Below, in pieces: positions 7,630 to 15,649 of a DNA stretch of 32,000 nucleotides. Position numbers and translations under genes: made by a program. The stretch lies in contig NZ_CP021983.2 of assembly GCF_002075285.3 (NCBI RefSeq), forward strand, positions 990,001-1,022,000. Direction: 5' to 3'. Numbering within the stretch: position 1 is the stretch's first letter; each line of letters opens with the position of its first letter. Below the pieces are notes generated by a model that did no database searches, was not told the origin of the DNA, and was given only the letters and a program-made list of their open reading frames with translations. Source of the DNA: Halomicronema hongdechloris C2206. Lineage in GTDB: Bacteria > Cyanobacteriota > Cyanobacteriia > Phormidesmidales > Phormidesmidaceae.

Positions 7630-10461
7630 ATGCGTTACCCAGCCCAGCTACTCGGCTTGCTTGCCCTCGCCGCCGTGATGGTGGCTACCCTCGAGAACCC
7701 CGGAACAGCCAAAGAGCATCGAGAACGGCTTCCGGTTCACATCGCCGACCGCTTGGCCCAAGGTGAAAGCGCTGAAGACCGCAAAGCTGAAGCCGATGCC
7801 CTGTTCGATGAAGCGTTTCAGCTATGGCGAGTCAGTGATTATCAGGCAGCCTGGGAGCGGCTACAACAAGCCCTGGCCCTCTACCAGGCCCCTGACGTGC
7901 GGACGGCCTTTCCGCAGGCCAGTCAGCGCGGCGAAGCGAATACGTTGACCGGACTGGGGGAAATCTCGCGCAGCTTTGGCCGATATCCTCAAGCCCTGGA
8001 CTATTACGAGGCTGCGCTAGCGATTCAGCAGACGATTCAGGATCGCTGGGGAGAGGGCGTCACCCTCAACAACATTGGGGCGGTGTACCACAATCTGGGC
8101 CAATATGAGCAGGCCCTGGGCTATTACCAGGACGCCCTCGCCATTCGCCAGGAGATTGGCGATCGTCAAGGGGTTGGCCAAACCCTCAACAACATTGGCT
8201 TGGTGTATGACAACCTGGGCCAATATGAGCAGGCCCTGGGCTACTACCAGGACGCCCTGGCCATCCTTCAGGAGATTGGCGATCGCAAGGGGGAAGGGGT
8301 CACCCTCAACAACATTGGGGCGGTGTATCGCAACCTGGGGCAATATGAGCAGGCCCTGGACTACTACCAGGAGGCCCTGGCCATCCGTCAGGAGATTGGC
8401 GATCGCGCTGGGGAAAGGGGTCACCCTCAACAAACATTGGGGCGATATATCGCAATCTGGGCCAGTATGAGCAGGCCCTGGACTATTACCAGGAGGCCCT
8501 GGCCATCCGCCAGGAGATCGGCGACCGCAGCGGCGAGGGCACCACCCGCAACAACATTGGGGCGGTGTATGACAATCTGGGCCAATATGAGTCGGCCCTG
8601 GACTATTACCAGGAGGCCCTGGCCATCCGCCAGGAGATCGGCGACGCCGGGGGAGGGGGTCACCCGCAACAACATTGGCTTGGTGTATGACAATCTGGGC
8701 CAGTATCAGCAGGCCCTGGGCACCTACCAGGAGGCCCTGGCGATTGCCCAGGAGATTGGCGATCGCAACGGCAGAGCCATCAGACTCAATAACCTCGGCT
8801 ATGTGCTGGAAGACCTAGAGCAGCCGGAGCTGGCCATCGTTTTCTTGAAGCAATCGGTAAACCAGTGGGAAGCGATGCGGGGGGACATTGGTGGGTTATC
8901 CGTTGAGGACCAACAAGCCTTTACCGACAGCATTGCCAGCAGCTATCGCAAACTGGCGGATATGCTGCTGCAGCAAGACCGCATCCTGGAGGCGCAGCGG
9001 GTGCTGGATTTGCTGAAGGTGCAGGAGCTGGATGAATATTTGCAGGGGGTGCGCAGCACCGCCCAAACTGAAAGCGGGGTGGATTTACTCGATCCGGAAC
9101 GCCAGATTCGTAACCGCACCATCGCCATCGGCTATGAACTGGCCCAGTTGCGAGATATGCCCTATGCAGAATTGTCAGAGGCCCAAAAGCAGCGGCTGGC
9201 GGAGCTGGATGCGGCCCAACAAGATGTCATTCAGGACTTTCGTGCCTTCATCGACAGTCCCGAGATCCAGGCCCTGGTGGCGCAGCTGCAGAGCGATGTG
9301 CAGGAGCAGGATGTGCTGGCGGAGCTGGATGAGTTCATCAACTTGCAGAACAACCTGCGGGCCATTGACCAGACTGCCGTGCTGATCTACCCGCTGATTT
9401 TAGAGGAGCGGCTGGAGCTGGTGCTGGTCACCCCCTTCAGTGAACCGGCTCGCTTCCCAGTGCCTGTGAGTAAAGCCGAGTTGAACGAGACAGTGCTGGC
9501 TTTTCGGCGAGCGCTGGATGACCCCAGCAGCGATCCGCGACCGTTGGCCCAGCAACTCTATGAATGGCTGATTGCCCCCATGGCCGAGGACTTAGAGGCC
9601 ATCGGCGCCGAGACGATGCTCTATGCCCCGGATGGGGTATTGCGCTACATTCCCCTGGCCGCCCTCCATGATGGTGAGCAATGGCTGGCAGAGCGCTTTG
9701 CCATTAACCACATCACTGCCGCCAGCCTGCAAGACTTCACCCTGCGGCCCGACCCGCAGCCCCGGATTCTGGCGGCGGCTTTCAGTGAGGGGTTCTATGA
9801 GGTGCAGGCCCGCGATCGCATCTTTCCCTTCGACGGTCTGCCCTTCGCCGGTCGCGAGGTGGCCACCCTGGCCGAGCGGTTTCCCGGCACCACCCAATTT
9901 ATCAACCAGGCCTTTAGCCGCAGCGCCCTCGAGCCAGCTATGGATAGCCATACCATTGTTCATCTGGCCACCCACGCCACCTTTGTCTCCGGCTCATCGC
10001 GGGACTCGTTTATTCTGTTTGGCAATGGCGATACCCTCAGCTTGCAGGAGATCAAGGCCGACTGGCAGGGACGATTTAACCAGGTGGATCTGATCGTGCT
10101 CAGCGCCTGTGAGACAGGGCTAGGCGGCCCCACCCTGGGCAATGGGGAAGAGATTCTCGGCTTCGGCTATCTGATGCAGGAGGCTGGAGCTGAAGCGGCC
10201 ATCGCCTCGCTGTGGCAGGTGAGTGATGGCGGTACCCAGGCGCTGATGGATGCCTTTTATTTGGCCTTGCAGAATGGCTACTCCAAGGCGGAGGCGCTAC
10301 AGCGAGCCCAGCAGGCATTAATCGCCGATGACATGAGTATTGTCGGTGGTGAGCGCGGCACCATCGAGGTCGTCAGCACCGTCACCGGCCAGCCCATTGG
10401 CGATAGCCTGGCCCATCCTTACTACTGGGCCCCGTTTATCCTCATCGGCAATGGCTTGTAA
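7630..10461 (+). CDS. TPR-repeat / CHAT-domain (caspase-like protease) protein with a hydrophobic N-terminal segment; two internal TPR units are out of frame
   Basis: There are eight 40-aa TPR units (GEGVTLNNIGAVYxNLGQYEQALxYYQxALAIRQEIGDR). The C-terminal CHAT domain has the His...Cys dyad (VHLATHATF ... LSACETGLGG ... YYWAPFILIGN). The ORF is open from 7594. The ATG at 7630 gives MRYPAQLLGLLALAAVMVATLE. The stretch 8414-8653 is frameshifted relative to the TPR frame. Confidence 0.85.
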   Translation: MRYPAQLLGLLALAAVMVATLENPGTAKEHRERLPVHIADRLAQGESAEDRKAEADALFDEAFQLWRVSDYQAAWERLQQALALYQAPDVRTAFPQASQRGEANTLTGLGEISRSFGRYPQALDYYEAALAIQQTIQDRWGEGVTLNNIGAVYHNLGQYEQALGYYQDALAIRQEIGDRQGVGQTLNNIGLVYDNLGQYEQALGYYQDALAILQEIGDRKGEGVTLNNIGAVYRNLGQYEQALDYYQEALAIRQEIGDRAGERGHPQQTLGRYIAIWASMSRPWTITRRPWPSARRSATAAARAPPATTLGRCMTIWANMSRPWTITRRPWPSARRSATPGEGVTRNNIGLVYDNLGQYQQALGTYQEALAIAQEIGDRNGRAIRLNNLGYVLEDLEQPELAIVFLKQSVNQWEAMRGDIGGLSVEDQQAFTDSIASSYRKLADMLLQQDRILEAQRVLDLLKVQELDEYLQGVRSTAQTESGVDLLDPERQIRNRTIAIGYELAQLRDMPYAELSEAQKQRLAELDAAQQDVIQDFRAFIDSPEIQALVAQLQSDVQEQDVLAELDEFINLQNNLRAIDQTAVLIYPLILEERLELVLVTPFSEPARFPVPVSKAELNETVLAFRRALDDPSSDPRPLAQQLYEWLIAPMAEDLEAIGAETMLYAPDGVLRYIPLAALHDGEQWLAERFAINHITAASLQDFTLRPDPQPRILAAAFSEGFYEVQARDRIFPFDGLPFAGREVATLAERFPGTTQFINQAFSRSALEPAMDSHTIVHLATHATFVSGSSRDSFILFGNGDTLSLQEIKADWQGRFNQVDLIVLSACETGLGGPTLGNGEEILGFGYLMQEAGAEAAIASLWQVSDGGTQALMDAFYLALQNGYSKAEALQRAQQALIADDMSIVGGERGTIEVVSTVTGQPIGDSLAHPYYWAPFILIGNGL
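7930..8892 (+). repeat. 120-bp tandem repeat array encoding the TPR units
   Basis: Units 2-7 are highly similar at the nucleotide level by eye, for example ggccaatatgagcaggccctgg(g/a)ctattaccagga recurs every 120 nt. Confidence 0.85.
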
Positions 10462-10718
10462 GGATAGCGTTGACCCGATCAGGATGTCAGTAGAGTTGGC
10501 GGGTCCTGCTCAGCCATAGAGAAGAACCACGAAAAAATCGTTGGGGACCGCATAAAACTCTATGGGTCCCGGCCAAAAATGGTGGCGTCCCAGACAAATG
10601 TCTATGGGGACCGCGTAGATTATGACCCCCCCTACGACTGGGCTCCTTCATCCTGATGGGTAGCGGGCTGTGCCCAGGTCTGCCCTTGCTACACTGGGGA
10701 TACTTGTGAGAACGGTTG

Positions 10719-11462
10719 ATGCCCATGGCTGTCTCGACCTCTGAAACTCAACACCCCCAATCAGCTCAGGTATCATCCGACGCTATTCCTTTCCCGCCCG
10801 GAGATCTCTACAGCGACGAGCCGCCCTTGGAAACTGACCTCCACCGTGACCAAATTGATTTGCTGATTCGGCTGCTGAAGTGGTTGTGGCGAGATCGACA
10901 AGACTTCTATGCGTCCGGTAATCTGACCATTTACTACAGTCCCAATCAGAGCAAATCCAGCGATTTTAGAGGCCCAGACTTTTTTGTCGTCTTAGACACC
11001 GAGCGCAAACCCCGCAAGAGTTGGGTGGTGTGGGAAGAAGATGGCAAGTATCCCCATGTGATTGTGGAGTTGCTGTCGGAGTCGACGGCCAATACTGACC
11101 GCGGCCTGAAAAAGCAGATCTACCAAGATATTTTTCGTACCCTCGATTATTTCTGGTTCGATCCCTACAGCTTGGAGTTTGAAGGCTTTCATCTGGTGGA
11201 TGGCACCTATCAGCCCATTGCCCCCACGGAACAGGGCTGGCGCTGGAGTCAGCAATTAGGGCTCTATCTGGGCATCCATCAAGGGCAGCTGCGGTTTTTC
11301 ACACCGGAGGGAGATCTGGTTGCTAGCCCTGAAGAGACTGCTGCATTGGAACGGCAGCGGGTCGAGACAGAACGACAACGTGCCGAAGCGGAACAGCAGC
11401 GCAATGAGAGACTCGCCGCTAAGCTACGAGAGTTGGGAGTTGACCCGGACGATATTCAATAA
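10719..11462 (+). CDS. Uma2 (DUF820) family putative endonuclease with a C-terminal coiled coil
   Basis: PD-(D/E)xK-type blocks PDFFVVLD ... VIVELLSESTANTDRGLKKQIYQ. The tail ERQRVETERQRAEAEQQRNERLAAKLRELG is common in cyanobacterial Uma2 proteins. Confidence 0.85.
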   Translation: MPMAVSTSETQHPQSAQVSSDAIPFPPGDLYSDEPPLETDLHRDQIDLLIRLLKWLWRDRQDFYASGNLTIYYSPNQSKSSDFRGPDFFVVLDTERKPRKSWVVWEEDGKYPHVIVELLSESTANTDRGLKKQIYQDIFRTLDYFWFDPYSLEFEGFHLVDGTYQPIAPTEQGWRWSQQLGLYLGIHQGQLRFFTPEGDLVASPEETAALERQRVETERQRAEAEQQRNERLAAKLRELGVDPDDIQ

Positions 11463-11503
11463 GGGATTCGCGTCAAGATAAAGTACCCATCGAGGGGATA
11501 GCA

Positions 11504-11548
11504 GGTGATGGGGTGATGGGGTGATGGGGTGATGGGGTGATGGGGTGT
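11504..11548. repeat. Tandem octamer (GGGTGATG) of about 5.5 copies, with a G-quadruplex-type motif
   Basis: ggtgatggggtgatggggtgatggggtgatggggtgatggggtg has five GGGG runs separated by TGAT. Confidence 0.9.
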
Positions 11549-11609
11549 AGACGCGGTAGCGGCTTCCCGGAGGGTAGGGGAGATGGGATGTTTTTTAGGC
11601 GCAACTCCC

Positions 11610-11792
11610 TTAGCCGTCGTAGGGTTGCCCATCAGGCATGGTGGCTCCTCGCAGGTCGGCCTGACTGAGGCTGGTGCCGGTGAGATCGGCCCCGCGCAGA
11701 GCGGCTGCTATCTTTGCAGACATGGACTTCGATCTGGTCGCTGGCCCAGTGGATGCGATCGCATCGGTGGCAGCGACAAAGCCCCCCACCAT
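11610..11792 (-). CDS. Short pentapeptide-repeat protein or C-terminal remnant
   Basis: AALRGADLTGTSLSQADLRGATMPDG shows the A(D/N)LxG pentapeptide periodicity and the typical ...MPDG ending. It has only about 6 repeats and the N-terminus is not repeat-like. Confidence 0.35.
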   Translation of the reverse strand: MVGGFVAATDAIASTGPATRSKSMSAKIAAALRGADLTGTSLSQADLRGATMPDGQPYDG

Positions 11793-11838
11793 GGTTAATA
11801 ACTACATTTCCTTTTATAGATTAAGTAAATAGTAGAGA

Positions 11839-11897
11839 AGCCCAGATCAAACTGGGCTACGGCTGGAATCGTGAGTGGGGGCGGTAACGTCGCCCCC
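11839..11897 (-). terminator. Two hairpins immediately downstream of dps
   Basis: GGGGGCG-gtaacgt-CGCCCCC (11877-11897) lies 5 nt after the dps stop. AGCCCA-gatcaaac-TGGGCT (11839-11858) is followed on the minus strand by an A/U-rich stretch. Confidence 0.35.
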
Positions 11898-11902
11898 TGG
11901 TC

Positions 11903-12409
11903 TTACTGAGCCAAGAGACTTCTCAGCATCCAAGCAGTTTTCTCATGCACCTGCATGCGCTGGGTCAACAGGTCGGCAGTGGGTTCATCCTGAACCTCAT
12001 CCACCACTGGGAACACCGACCGAGCTGTGCGGACCACGGCTTCCTGCCCTGCCACCAGCTGGCGAATCATCTCCTCGGCACTGGGCACCCCCTCTTCCTC
12101 ATCGATGGAGGAGAGCTGGGCGAATTCTTTATAGGTGCCTGGGGCTGGAAATCCTAGGGCCCGAATTCGCTCCGCCACCTGATCGACGGCCAGGGCCAGC
12201 TCGTTGTACTGCTCTTCGAACATCAGGTGCAGGGTTTGGAACATGGGGCCGGTCACATTCCAATGGAAATTATGGGTCTTCAGGTACAGGGTGTAGGTAT
12301 CGGCCAAGAGTCTAGACAACCCCTCGGCAATCTCCTGTCGCTTGGTCTCCTCGATGCCAATGTTGATGGGCATCGCTTTGCTGTCAGCGGTGGCAGTGGT
12401 CTTAGCCAT
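11903..12409 (-). CDS. dps: Dps family DNA-protecting ferritin-like protein
   Basis: [52 protein letters not shown] is a canonical Dps ferroxidase-centre region. The length of 168 aa fits. Confidence 0.92.
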   Translation of the reverse strand: MAKTTATADSKAMPINIGIEETKRQEIAEGLSRLLADTYTLYLKTHNFHWNVTGPMFQTLHLMFEEQYNELALAVDQVAERIRALGFPAPGTYKEFAQLSSIDEEEGVPSAEEMIRQLVAGQEAVVRTARSVFPVVDEVQDEPTADLLTQRMQVHEKTAWMLRSLLAQ

Positions 12410-12518
12410 AGTGTCACTATCCTTACTTACACTCGAGGGCGGTTGCTACCCATCAAGATTGTAAAGCGAAGCTACGGTGGCGGGGGCCGTGGTGTCCCGT
12501 GTGGACTGATGGTTGGCT

Positions 12519-12585
12519 CAATGGCCCAGTCTAGGAAGCTGACTGGCTCGTCTACCGCAAAATTGTTGTGGCGGTGGCTATAAAG
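12519..12585. repeat. Dispersed repeat of about 65 bp, copy 1
   Basis: CAATgGCCCAGTCTAGGaaGCTGACTGGCTCGtctACCGCA...TTGTGGCGGTGGcTATAaAGC aligns with 26703-26768. It contains an ACCGC...GCGGT hairpin. Confidence 0.7.
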
Positions 12586-12603
12586 CGACTCTCGCAGCTG
12601 CTG

Positions 12604-13266
12604 TTAGTCTGTCGATACGTCAGAGGAATCAGACGAGTCAGAGGAATTAGAGGAGTCAGAGGAATTAGAGGAGTCAGAGGAATTAGAGGAGTCAGAGGAA
12701 TTAGAGGAGTCAGAGGAATTAGAGGAGTCAGAGGGCATCTGTGCTGCCAACTGTTTCCACTCCTGAATCGCCAAGGGCGACACCGTCAGTTGCACTTCCG
12801 TCTCATCAACGGTGGGCACGGAAAATTCTACTGTCAGTGTTTCCGGCAACTGGGTAATCACAGAGCCAATATCGTATTGGCCCACATTGCCCGCCGGCTC
12901 GCCGCTGGTAAACAGTTCGCTGGAGACATCCTCAGCGGTAAAGGTGCTGCCACTGGGCAAGGTGATAGTGAGGGGATGGGAATGAAATAACTCCACCGAG
13001 CCAGGAAAGCCCACCAGCCTCAGCCTGACGATGGCATCTCCCTCGGCAGGGATGCGCTTGAAGGCGATGGCTTGCCAAGGAACATTATTGCGATCAAATA
13101 ACTTCTGCCGCGATTGATAGACCACTTGGCTGGGGCCTTCCTGCACCTGGTGAATATCGGCATAGGCTGGCTGTACGGGCCCTACGATAGTGCTGACGAG
13201 GACGATCATCGCCACCACGGCCAAGAACAGCCCTCGCAGTCTGAGGCCATGACATTGGCGCCGCAT
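12604..13266 (-). CDS. Hypothetical exported protein with a C-terminal (SDSSNS)n low-complexity tail
   Basis: The signal-like N-terminus is MRRQCHGLRLRGLFLAVVAMIVLVSTIVGPVQPAYA. The globular part has no motif I can name with confidence. The tail SDSSNSSDSSNS... is encoded by an 18-bp tandem repeat. Confidence 0.7.
   Translation of the reverse strand: MRRQCHGLRLRGLFLAVVAMIVLVSTIVGPVQPAYADIHQVQEGPSQVVYQSRQKLFDRNNVPWQAIAFKRIPAEGDAIVRLRLVGFPGSVELFHSHPLTITLPSGSTFTAEDVSSELFTSGEPAGNVGQYDIGSVITQLPETLTVEFSVPTVDETEVQLTVSPLAIQEWKQLAAQMPSDSSNSSDSSNSSDSSNSSDSSNSSDSSNSSDSSDSSDVSTD
12621..12733 (-). repeat. 18-bp tandem repeat (about 6 units, 5 of them identical) inside the 3' end of the CDS
   Basis: cagaggaattagaggagt occurs 5 times in perfect tandem, preceded by the variant unit cagaggaatcagacgagt. 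Confidence 0.95.
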
Positions 13267-13421
13267 AGTGAACCTCCGGCAGGGTGAATCAGCTGGCATC
13301 GCGGCTGGGATCTGGATACTGGATAGCTCCTTAATTTTAAAGCGATGAGCATCCAGCGCTCAAGCCACGGATTGAGTCGGGGGTGCTACGTTGCACTCAA
13401 ACGTGACGAGTAAGCCCTGTT

Positions 13422-14045
13422 ATGAAATTGAGTGAAATTCACCGACGTACGATAGAAGTCTACGAAACCCAAGCAGGGTCTTGGGATCGACATCGTCCTC
13501 GAACACTGAACGAACGAGTATGGCTAGACAAATTTACCGCTGCCATTCCGCCTTACGGCACAGTTCTCGATGTCGGGTGTGGTGGTGGTGACCCCATTGC
13601 TCGGTATTTTATTGAACGCAACTTCGCCCTCACTGGAGTCGATGCGGCGAAAGCCATGATAGAGATTGCGCGGACTCGATTCCCGGCAATGACCTGGATT
13701 CAGATGGACATGCGAGAACTAAGCCTCAACCAAACCTTTGATGGCATCATCGGTTGGGACAGTTTCTTTCATCTAAATCCAGCCGAGCAACGGCTCACCT
13801 TGATGCGATTTGTGACGCACCTAAAATCTGGTGGTGCGCTACTGTTGACCGTTGGCCACACAGCTGGCGAAGTGCTCGGGCAGGTTGAAGGACAACGGGT
13901 GTATCACTCGAGCTTGGACCCCACAGAATACAAGAGCATCTTGATCGAGGCTGGGTTTTGCCAGGTTGAGTATGTTGCTCAAGATCAACGCTGTGGCATG
14001 AGATCACTTGTACTGGCTTCCTGCTTGCATCCACGAGGAGAGTAA
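13422..14045 (+). CDS. Class I SAM-dependent methyltransferase
   Basis: Motif I is VLDVGCGGGDP, followed by an acidic loop and then FDGIIGWDSFFHL. The length of 207 aa fits. Confidence 0.85.
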   Translation: MKLSEIHRRTIEVYETQAGSWDRHRPRTLNERVWLDKFTAAIPPYGTVLDVGCGGGDPIARYFIERNFALTGVDAAKAMIEIARTRFPAMTWIQMDMRELSLNQTFDGIIGWDSFFHLNPAEQRLTLMRFVTHLKSGGALLLTVGHTAGEVLGQVEGQRVYHSSLDPTEYKSILIEAGFCQVEYVAQDQRCGMRSLVLASCLHPRGE

Positions 14046-14181
14046 GCTTTGGAGTGATGGGCGATCGCTCTGCCATCCATTAGCTCTATCGCAAGTTGGG
14101 CCAGGTGTCATGATCACAGCACAACATCAGAATCTTGGCAGAGGGCCTACAGTATTGATTGGCTCCCCAGATATCTATGTA

Positions 14182-14299
14182 AGAGGATATTTGGAAAGTA
14201 CCCTGCAACCTTGCTCCAGACTGGATTCTGGTCAACAGAGCCATACGCTCTAAAACGCTTACCCTGCAGGGCTTTCAGCCGAGTTTTCAAATGTCCTCT
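14182..14299. mobile_element. 118-bp MITE-like element, copy B, inverted relative to copy A
   Basis: Perfect reverse complement of 1454-1571 (118/118 by eye). It is intergenic and abuts the GST-like gene. Confidence 0.6.
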
Positions 14300-14311
14300 A
14301 AGAGTTGCCCC

Positions 14312-15016
14312 ATGATTACCCTGTATCAGTTCCAACCCTGCTTAGGGGTGCGTAATCCCAGCCCCTTCTGCCTGAAGCTAGAAACCTACCTACGCATGGT
14401 AGGGCTGCCCTATGAGGTGGATCTCAACGCCGATGTGCGCAAGGCGCCAAAGAAAAAGCTGCCGTATATCGTCGATGGCGATCGCATCGTTGCCGACTCG
14501 GGCTTCATCATCGATTACCTCAAGGACACCTACGGCGATCCGTTGGATCGGCATCTATCGCTGCCAGACCAGGGAATTTCTTTGGCCTTCCGGCGATTGA
14601 TGGAGGAAAACCTCTACTGGGTCATGCTCTACAGCCGCTGGGCCGAGGATGAAAATTGGGCCGTGATCCGTGAGCTTTACTTCTCGAGTCTGCCGCCGGT
14701 TTTGCGGTCAATTGTGCCAGGGTTGGTGCGCCGAGATGCGCTGCGCAACCTCTATGGCCATGGCATGGGGCATCACAACCGCAACGAGATCTATGAGATT
14801 GGCCGCCGCGATGTCAAGGCCCTCAGCGATTTCTTGCGGGACAAGCCCTTCCTGCTGGGTGATAGCCCCACTAGCTTAGATGCCATTGGCTATGCCTTCC
14901 TGGTGAATCTAGTGCGAGTGGAGTTGCCCTCGGTGATTTCAGACTATACCCGCCAGTTTGAAAACCTGAAGGACTATTGCGATCGCATGCAGGCTCGCTT
15001 CTGGCAGTCACTCTGA
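14312..15016 (+). CDS. Glutathione S-transferase family (GST_N/metaxin-like) protein
   Basis: MITLYQFQPCLGVRNPSPFCLKLETYLRMVGLPYEV...KKKLPYIVDGDRIVADSGFIIDYL is a thioredoxin-like GST N-domain. The ORF is open from 14291, inside the MITE, so the ATG at 14312 is preferred. Confidence 0.85.
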   Translation: MITLYQFQPCLGVRNPSPFCLKLETYLRMVGLPYEVDLNADVRKAPKKKLPYIVDGDRIVADSGFIIDYLKDTYGDPLDRHLSLPDQGISLAFRRLMEENLYWVMLYSRWAEDENWAVIRELYFSSLPPVLRSIVPGLVRRDALRNLYGHGMGHHNRNEIYEIGRRDVKALSDFLRDKPFLLGDSPTSLDAIGYAFLVNLVRVELPSVISDYTRQFENLKDYCDRMQARFWQSL

Positions 15017-15028
15017 TCGGAAGAATGC

Positions 15029-15649
15029 TTAGCCTTCCCCCCGCAAAATCCCCACCAAGATCCGCATCAAGTCTTCCAGATCGGTGGGCACTCGATACAG
15101 GGTTAAGTCTTGGGTGACCTGTCGGCTAGCGCGATGGAATTGGCCAAATTGCCAGATGGTTCCCGTCGACACTGCCCCCAGCAGCATCGATTCCTCGGTC
15201 TCTAACCACTGGTCAAGGGCGATGAACTCAACGGCCAGCTGTACAAAGCCCCGCTCTAGGTCTTCGTTCTTGGCCTCGATGACCAACAGGTTCTGGTGCG
15301 ATCGCAAAAAATAATCTAGCGAGCCCTTCAATAAGTTACTGACGGCCACGGGATACTCCACATTCAGAGTCGCCTCAGTGTAGTGCAGCACCTCCATCAA
15401 CACCGGCGCAATTAAAAACTCCCGACGGGCCATCTCGCTGGTCAGGCTCAGGCGGGGCAGGCTTTCTTCGATGCGTCGCCGTAGATCCGGCAATCGGTCT
15501 AATGAAGCTTGGTGCTGAGGCAAAGATAGAAACTGCTTCTGTAGCGTGGCATCGAAGTAGCCCAGAATGTCGCCCGGGGCAAAATTTAGTCGGAAGTAGT
15601 CGGCAAAGGTGTAGGACTGATCCGCTTGAATGATGGGAGGTCTGGGCAT
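15029..15649 (-). CDS. Hypothetical protein with a PD-(D/E)xK (restriction-endonuclease-like, HSDR_N-type) core
   Basis: GSLDYFLRSHQNLLVIEAKNEDLERGFVQ fits the D...(I/V)EAK...Q nuclease signature. I recognised no other domain. Confidence 0.65.
   Translation of the reverse strand: MPRPPIIQADQSYTFADYFRLNFAPGDILGYFDATLQKQFLSLPQHQASLDRLPDLRRRIEESLPRLSLTSEMARREFLIAPVLMEVLHYTEATLNVEYPVAVSNLLKGSLDYFLRSHQNLLVIEAKNEDLERGFVQLAVEFIALDQWLETEESMLLGAVSTGTIWQFGQFHRASRQVTQDLTLYRVPTDLEDLMRILVGILRGEG

Noticed and set aside
6831-7678. ORFs starting in the 172-bp repeat (a 42-codon frame from 6831, and 7391-7678) and ORFs at 6937-7131 and 6944-7156
   Set aside because: The frame is not preserved between the two repeat copies, since it stops where they diverge. 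The others translate MITE-like hairpin repeats. They are treated as non-coding.
8017-8693. ORFs 8017-8433 (minus), 8427-8693 (minus) and 8075-8470 (plus) over the TPR array
   Set aside because: These are alternative-frame or antisense readings of the 120-bp TPR repeat. Their sequences are themselves periodic (…NVVEGDxxxLAIANLL…, …WANMSRPW…) only because the DNA is repetitive. The 8075 ORF is still useful as evidence that the +1 frame is stop-free.
7930-8892. Whether the regular 120-bp repeats could be a CRISPR array
   Set aside because: The units are contiguous with no unique spacers, they encode canonical TPR units in frame, and no cas genes are present.
10487-10726. A 79-aa minus-strand ORF and small GGGAC/GTCCC hairpins between the CHAT and Uma2 genes
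   Set aside because: The ORF is Arg/Gly/Pro-rich and lies in an intergenic region. The hairpins (for example GTCCCAGACA-aa-TGTCT-at-GGGAC) are short and imperfect, and are not distinctive enough to call.
11875-12583. Plus-strand ORFs 11875-12315, 11945-12157 and 12227-12583
   Set aside because: They are antisense to, or run into the upstream region of, a canonical Dps gene. Their composition is Pro/Gly/Arg-rich and non-protein-like.
12568-12990. A 140-aa plus-strand ORF with (RGIRGV)n
   Set aside because: It is the opposite-strand reading of the 18-bp repeat. The minus-strand ORF has a signal peptide and a coherent globular part, so the plus-strand ORF is an artefact.
1454-14299. Reading the two inverted 118-bp copies as the ends of a composite transposon or integrated island
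   Set aside because: No transposase, integrase or tRNA lies between or next to them, and the enclosed genes include core metabolism (nadK, glgP, dps). Two independent MITE insertions is the more economical explanation.
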